Shown here piece by piece: positions 58,004 through 64,000 of a stretch of 64,000 nucleotides of DNA. A program made the translations under genes and the position numbers. This DNA comes from Naegleria gruberi (lineage: Eukaryota), in NCBI GenBank assembly GCA_000004985.1, contig GG738892.1; one strand, 5' to 3'. The notes beneath the pieces were generated by a model. It worked only from the letters and a program-made list of their open reading frames with translations, did not search any database and was not told the DNA's origin. The stretch's first letter is position 1. Each line of letters starts with the position of its first letter.

Positions 58004-60532
58004 TTAATCATCGTTCTTACCAAAGGTTTCAAAGCTGAATGGACGGAAGAGAGAACCAGTACCCTTGAAGAACTTGTTTTGGAATTCGACCCAAGTCAAT
58101 CTCAAAGCGTGCAAGAAAGCAGACAAAGATTCCATGACAAGCAAGACACCAATGGTCATACCGAACCAGAGAGCGAAAACAAAGAAAACACCAACACCAC
58201 TGTGTACAACGGCAGTTTCAACTTCTGGCATGCTTTCAAGTTGGTTAAGAATGAGACCAATGGTCATTTGCCAAAAGACTTCAGCAAGCTGAGCGTGAGC
58301 AAGTGACAAGGCCCACAAACGCAAGTATGAGGCAGTGTTAGAAACAGTACCCAAAACATATTCAATAGTGTGAATAAGTTGCTTAATGAACAATTCAGAG
58401 AATGGTTCCATTTCAGCATGACCTTCACCATGAGTATGAGCAACGTTATCGTGACCATCAGTACCATCCAAAATAGCAACGTGGTGGGATTCATCACTGT
58501 TAGAATTGACAACTTCAGCATCATCAACCTTACGGTGCTTGAACTTTCTCTTTTGTTTGAGGTATTCAGCAATTGGCTTTGGAATCAAGAGAATTGGAAC
58601 TGAGATAGCAGTAATAAGCAATAAAGCCATTTGAGCATAAGATTGTCTAGCTTGAGCTTCAGCAACGTCACCACCATAGTAGAACATTGGAGGTTGAGAC
58701 ATCTTCCAAGGACTCAAGAAATAATCAGTCATCATTGGCAAGATTTGAGGAGGATCAAATTTACCGCTGTGAACTTCATCACCCCAGTTAACACACCACT
58801 TGTAGACGATCAAAACACACATATAACCGAAAGTACACCACAAAATGAGGACTTCAGGAATGAATTCAACAAAGATATCCAAAAAGTGGCCGAATTGAAT
58901 CATGTTAGCCAAAGCAAAGAAGAGACCAATACTCATGTGACCGACACCGAAAATGACGGACATCTTCATCTTAATAGAGTTATAGAACAACAACTTGTTT
59001 GAGGTATGGAACCAAGCTGGATCAACACCAAATGGATAAGTTCTACCAATCTTTTCACCAACGTGTTCAGAGTTGAATTCATAAGCAGATGGGAAAATAT
59101 CGACAGCCAAACCTAAACCGTCATTGTAGAGGAAACCAGTATAAATAGAGAACAAGCCCATCAACACTAAAATATATCTACCTTGGAAGACCATGGCAAG
59201 CAATTCACTGTTTTCAGCGATTGGCTTCAACTTCTTTTCAAAGACAACCATAGCAATGGCAGCAGCAGCCAAGAGAATACCGTGACCAAAGTCACCAAAC
59301 ATAACAGCGAAGAGGAAAGGGAAAAGAATGACAGCAGCAACAGCAGGGTTCATTTCCTTGTAATCTGGAATACCATATGAGTTGACAATTTGTTGGAAAA
59401 CGTCAGTAAACTTGTTGGTTTCAAAGTAAGTTGGAGGAGTTTCAGTAGGTTGTACAATATCACAAATGGATGGAACTTGAGCATTGGAAGCAAGTCTAGC
59501 TTCTTCCATTTCTCTCTTGACATTTTCAAAGTTCTTTTCAGCAGCCCAACCAACAGCAACAACTGAACCCTTAATGTCATAGTTGAAAAGATTGAGTGTG
59601 TGGAAAATAGCCTTTTCCTTGTGGACTCTTTCCTTCCATCTTGGGAGGTTGACAGAAATCTTACTCAAAATATCAACAACACGAAGCTTTGAGCTTTCAA
59701 TAGTAGTATCTAATTCGTTAATCTTTTGTTGAACAGATCTTTGAGCACCAGCAACATCATCTTCTGGGAAATCGTGAATAGAAGCACCCAAAGCTTCACA
59801 GACCTTCTTGACCTTTTCCTTTGCAGAGGAGGCACCAAAGAAAACAGTGAAAACACTCTTTTCAATAGATTTACCACTCTTGGCATCAAAAAGTGGAGTT
59901 GGAATTTCAACCATTCTTGGTACAACGTTACCACGAGTACTACGATAAATCAACATCAAGAAGGTGGAAATCTTTTCACGTGGAATGACACCAGTCAAAT
60001 AACCAAGGGAAGAACCTCTAGAAACCATCAAACCACTTTCGCTATCACCAGAGTAACTTTCTTCGTCACCCTTGAAAAATTGGGCGGCCAAGTTGAGGAC
60101 ATAGCTATATTCTTCAGCCTTGTTCTTTTCAGCAACCATTTGATCCAAATTTCCAGACAAATCACGGAGTTCCTTTTCATGTTGAGAAAAGTCTCTTTCA
60201 AAACTGTCCAAAACATTGCCGTATTCATTAGTTTCTTCATCATTAAAATCGGCTCCTTCAGAGAATTTAACTTCAGACTTTTCAATTTGGTCTTCAAAGA
60301 AACGAATAATTCTGTCCAATTCTTCGCAACGCTTGACTTCGTTAGCGAATTGTCTTTGGAAAGCGTTCAAATGGGAAGACAAATCTTTAAATTCGACATA
60401 GCCCAATTCACCCAAACGTTCAACAGTTTGGTGAGCAGCTTCACGTTGCATGGTCATTTCGAGAAGGACCATGTTCTCGCTACGCCACATTGATGAGCCT
60501 TTTGTTCCCGCGATAAGATGGGAAGTAGCCAT
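58004..60532 (-). CDS. ATP6V0A: V-type proton ATPase 116-kDa subunit a (V0 sector).
   Basis: The 842-aa single-exon ORF has the N-terminus MWRSENMVLLEMTMQREAAHQTVERLGELGYVEFKDL (human [41 protein letters not shown]). Its C-terminal half has multiple TM helices, including the conserved RLWALSLAHAQL arginine-containing helix. Confidence 0.9.
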   Translation of the reverse strand: MATSHLIAGTKGSSMWRSENMVLLEMTMQREAAHQTVERLGELGYVEFKDLSSHLNAFQRQFANEVKRCEELDRIIRFFEDQIEKSEVKFSEGADFNDEETNEYGNVLDSFERDFSQHEKELRDLSGNLDQMVAEKNKAEEYSYVLNLAAQFFKGDEESYSGDSESGLMVSRGSSLGYLTGVIPREKISTFLMLIYRSTRGNVVPRMVEIPTPLFDAKSGKSIEKSVFTVFFGASSAKEKVKKVCEALGASIHDFPEDDVAGAQRSVQQKINELDTTIESSKLRVVDILSKISVNLPRWKERVHKEKAIFHTLNLFNYDIKGSVVAVGWAAEKNFENVKREMEEARLASNAQVPSICDIVQPTETPPTYFETNKFTDVFQQIVNSYGIPDYKEMNPAVAAVILFPFLFAVMFGDFGHGILLAAAAIAMVVFEKKLKPIAENSELLAMVFQGRYILVLMGLFSIYTGFLYNDGLGLAVDIFPSAYEFNSEHVGEKIGRTYPFGVDPAWFHTSNKLLFYNSIKMKMSVIFGVGHMSIGLFFALANMIQFGHFLDIFVEFIPEVLILWCTFGYMCVLIVYKWCVNWGDEVHSGKFDPPQILPMMTDYFLSPWKMSQPPMFYYGGDVAEAQARQSYAQMALLLITAISVPILLIPKPIAEYLKQKRKFKHRKVDDAEVVNSNSDESHHVAILDGTDGHDNVAHTHGEGHAEMEPFSELFIKQLIHTIEYVLGTVSNTASYLRLWALSLAHAQLAEVFWQMTIGLILNQLESMPEVETAVVHSGVGVFFVFALWFGMTIGVLLVMESLSAFLHALRLTWVEFQNKFFKGTGSLFRPFSFETFGKNDD

Positions 60533-60775
60533 ATTGTTGTTTGTATTTTTTTTAGATAAGAAAAAATATTTTATTATTTTTTATTGTAAACGGAGTTGGA
60601 TCATGTTTAGAAAAGCTGCCTGTTTTTGTGTCTCCGGCCCTTGCTAATAATAAAAATCTAATACTTTTCCAAATACTTTCAATTAATCAGTGGATGGCTC
60701 CATTGAAATTGTTTTAAATCTTAGTACTGTAGATAATTCAACAATTTGACATGTTTTGATGGAGTAACAGGTCAA

Positions 60776-61606
60776 TCATTGTCTATTTCTTCTAAGCCAA
60801 TCGTTTTGTGGAATGGCAAGTGGATTGAGATTCTTATCCACCTCTGCAATATGTTGCAATGAACGATGATAAACATAGGCAGTGATTGGATTTTGAGAAG
60901 ATTTTTCAATTAGCACACATTCATCTGAATTAGTTTCCATTACTTTCTTATCATAGGTTTCTTTACAGACTGGATAGGCATGCACTGCAGTTCTATCGTA
61001 CACTAATTATATTTCAATCACATCCATTCCATTAAAAATCATCCAATAATATTTGAACAAACTTACTCGATGGATATTCCTCAATTTCATCAGCAACAAT
61101 TAACAATTTCTTCAAAATTCTCTTGCACAGGTTCACTCACTGAAATAATATATCCGTAAATTCTATCATTCGGATCGGAAGTGAAAACAGCAACCGGATC
61201 TTTTCAATTATTAAATATTCAATATATTTAACTTTAAAAACCTACAATCGGAAAAGTACATTTTAACTCCCTCTATAAATCCAAACTCTGCCAATGCTTT
61301 ATAGGAATCTGGATTATTGAATGAATGTGTCCAAGCTGCCTTTGAGTCGTCATCAGGTCTCAAAGTTCCATACACGAATAAATTCACAACATTTTGTCCA
61401 TTTGGTTGTGCTGACATTTTTTCAAAGAATTTAAAATCTTTAACAAATTGACTGGGAAAATAAGATTTAAATAGTAAATGATTGTTATCTGGATTATTAG
61501 GATTGTTTTCAAGATGTTGAAGTCCTTCATTATTTGTTAATTTGTTGGGAAACTCTAAGATGTGAAAGAATGCAATAGCAAGAGCAAAACAAGTAAAAAA
61601 CTTCAT
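60776..61606 (-). CDS. Gamma-glutamyl cyclotransferase-like (AIG2/GGACT-fold) protein with an N-terminal signal peptide, 3-4 exons. One junction is problematic.
   Basis: Minus-strand exons are 61243..61606, 61141..61199, 61067..61121 and 60776..61002. The protein has the signature LFVYGTLRPDDD and parallels human GGACT (PYPLVIAG / DYPVAVFT; LRFLDDFE / LLIVADEIEE; YQRTV / YDRTA). Joining 61141..61199 to 61067..61121 needs either a 19-nt GTGAGT...AG intron (61122..61140) or a 1-nt frameshift at an aaa run near 61107-61109. Confidence 0.55.
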
Positions 61607-61889
61607 CAACTTACAAATTGAAGAGTTGAGAGATGCTTTTAATGTTAAAATTACAATAGAGGGTCTACCAATGAAGATTTTCTTCAAATTGAAACTTTAC
61701 AATAATTCCAACTCAATCTCAATTAGATTCCAACATATTTAAATGTATTCAACCTCTCCAGAATAACGTGTCCCAAAATCACGTAACCATTTCATTGGTT
61801 CCTTCATGAAACGTGAAACCTCTTACAAAAACTCAATTATTTAAAAACGTGACAATAAAAAACTGAAACGTGATTTCCATAAGAAAAAA

Positions 61890-64000
61890 ATGCTGTCATT
61901 GAAAACAAGCCAATCCGAAACTTTTTCTCCAACGTTGCCTCCTTCGGCTTCAGACTCCTCCTCCTTATCATCCATGTTGCCAGATATTGAAAACTGGAGT
62001 AATATGGATGTGAGTATGATTCTTGTCAATTCGGGAGAAGTTTGGGTGGTTAGGGATCAAAGTGAATGGACAAAGTTGATCAATGGAATACACGGTGAAG
62101 AAAAAAAGTGTTTGGTTGTATTGGATTCGAATGGAAAGTCTGTAAAGAAGGTGAGTGACAATTGATCAATATATTTAAAGGGTTTAATGTGTTTAGTTTG
62201 ATCAATCAACAATTAATTATTTGATTTGTAAAGGAAAGTTAGAAGATAAAGAAAATTCATCAAGTGAAGTAATGAGGGGATTGGAATTATTTAATGAATA
62301 TGTACAGTACTCTATCAGGAAATTTGAGAACTCGAGAATTAACTTGAACTCCAGATTGGAAACCCTTCAGAAAATGAATTTCAAAGAGAAATATCATAAC
62401 TTTAAATTGGAACAATCATTGAATGTTGATTTCTCAAAAATTGTTAATGAAATGCAGGAAAAGCTAAGGCTTGTAAGAGAAAAAACCAGACTGATTGTTG
62501 TGGAAATGAATTCTTTTCTAGCTCCAAACTTGAGAAAGTCTATTGATGGTTTATCAATTCAAGAGAGGATTGAGTACTTTGATAATCTTATCAATAATTT
62601 CACACAAATTAAGAAACTGTTCAAAAATCCATTTGACGACATGACAAAAAGATTGTTTGATGAATTATTGCTATTTGATGGGTTTGAACCTTATTATCGT
62701 CTTACATTACAAGAATGTTCTAGAATTAATAATGTAAAGAGAGAGCTTGAGAATTATTTACAACAAGCACGAGAAGAGGAACAGGAAAATCAAGCACAAT
62801 TCAAAGAATTCATAGGTATAGAGAAATTCAAGTATGTGCTAAAGATTGCTCCAAGTATTGTGGACTACATCTCAAACGAGACAAACTCCTCCATGGAGGA
62901 TGTAGTAGAAATGGCTTCTTCCATCCAATCTGTTACAAACATTCAAGGAGAAAACACACTTTATTCTTTAGAAGAAGAGGAAATGGATGAAGATCAACAA
63001 TTAAAAGACCAAGAAATACAAGATTTGAGATCACAAATTGAAGGTTTAAACAATCGAATTGCCGAATTGAACAACCAGGTTAATGGGTGTGATGTAAAGA
63101 ATAACTCATTAATTATTGGGAATGTTGAGTTTACTAAAATGTTTGAAAAAGAGATGCAAGACATGACAGACAAATTTAACAAAGAAATTGAATGTTTGAA
63201 AATGGAGAAGGAAGAAATCGAGAAAAATATGAAGGAGGAGAAGGAAAATATGTTACAACAACTTGAAATTGAGAAGCAACAACGCCAAGATTATGAAAAA
63301 CAGATCAAGGCATTACGTGATGATGTCGAATATTTGAAAAACGAGAAAAAGAATGAAAATAATAAGGCCAACAAAGAGATAACTGGATTGAATGAGCAAT
63401 TGAAAACTGAGAAAGAACAAATTTCCAAGTTAATGAAGCAACTATCCTTCCTTAAAGAAGAATCTGAAACAGAAGAGGCTAAATATAATGCAAATATTAA
63501 GGAACAAAAGGAAAAGTATCAAACATTGTTGACAGATCTAAACGAAATTCAGCAGAAGTTGGAGTCCAGCAAAGGAGAATGTACTGCTGTTAAATCTCAG
63601 TTGGAAGAAAATGCTGGAAAGTATTGTGAAAATATATCAAACCTTGAAGGTTTAATTGTAATGTTGAAGGATGAAATAAGGAATGATACACAAAACTATA
63701 ACGAATACCAGCAAAAATATTTTGACTCTAAAATTCTCTTGGAATCATTAGAAGTAAAACTATCTGAAAGGGTTGAAGAATTGAAAAAAGTGTATGATAT
63801 TAACAGTAATTTAGAATACCAATTAGGAGAAAGTAACCACGAAAAGGAGAAATTAATGGAAGATTTCAAAATATTACAGGATCAATTAGATATGAAACTC
63901 AGCATGTGTGTGGCAGAAAATTTAAATCTGGAAGAAAAGCTTAAAAATTTGGAAAATGAAAAGGAGCAATTATTGATAAGCTCATTTGTGGATCCACCAA
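61890..64000 (+). CDS. Long coiled-coil protein, 3' partial (runs off the window end), at least 2 exons.
   Basis: Exons are 61890..62150 and 62239..64000 or beyond, separated by an 88-nt intron with a GTGAGT donor. The second exon is open to the window end and is dominated by heptad-like E/K/L/Q-rich sequence (LKMEKEEIEKNMKEEKENMLQQLEIEKQQRQDYEKQIKAL...). Confidence 0.5.

Noticed and set aside
1-64000. The possibility that the window is prokaryotic or contains a defence island or operon-type system.
   Set aside because: The genes have GT-AG introns with GTAAGT donors and eukaryotic-only products (proteasome Rpt1, NBS1, CstF77, V-ATPase, TRAX). There is no operon structure, no Shine-Dalgarno pattern, and no CRISPR repeats or IS-like elements.

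Overview
This window is compact, AT-rich eukaryotic nuclear DNA, not prokaryotic. It holds about 36 protein-coding genes on both strands, most of them housekeeping genes that can be recognised from their sequence.

Introns are short, roughly 32-230 nt. Donors are GTAAGT, GTAGGT or GTATGT, acceptors are AG, and two 9-nt microexons are proposed. Intergenic spacers are tiny, and two convergent gene pairs have stop codons only 3 and 5 bp apart. There are two identical tRNA-Ala(UGC) genes with duplicated flanks, and one assembly gap of 766 N (32578-33343).

The two left-hand genes are truncated by the window start (CPSF2) or sit next to it (CstF77). The last coiled-coil gene runs off the window end.

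The lineage is probably an amoeboid protist such as a heterolobosean or amoebozoan. This is a guess from GC content, intron style and gene content.

Recognisable genes:
- mRNA 3' end processing: CPSF2/CPSF100 and CstF77, divergently arranged.
- V-ATPase subunits E and a.
- BCKDH E1-beta.
- rhomboid protease.
- archaemetzincin.
- NBS1.
- 26S proteasome Rpt1/PSMC2.
- TRAX.
- SDR oxidoreductase.
- EEP/CCR4-type nuclease.
- NIPSNAP.
- two-motif CDGSH protein.
- NudC/CS-domain protein.
- EF1B GEF-domain protein.
- Zn2Cys6 transcription factor.
- kelch-repeat protein.
- three F-box-like proteins.
- DD3-3-family secreted protein.

Less ordinary loci:
- a 2351-aa type-I membrane protein made of about 10-12 bacterial-type pre-peptidase C-terminal (PPC, GDADxYVS) domains.
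- a minimal Pol-beta-superfamily nucleotidyltransferase-fold protein of unknown function with a mitochondrial-like presequence.
- a small secreted repeat protein whose reading frame breaks inside a (CAA)n microsatellite.

All gene models are manual translations of the sequence. No database search was run.
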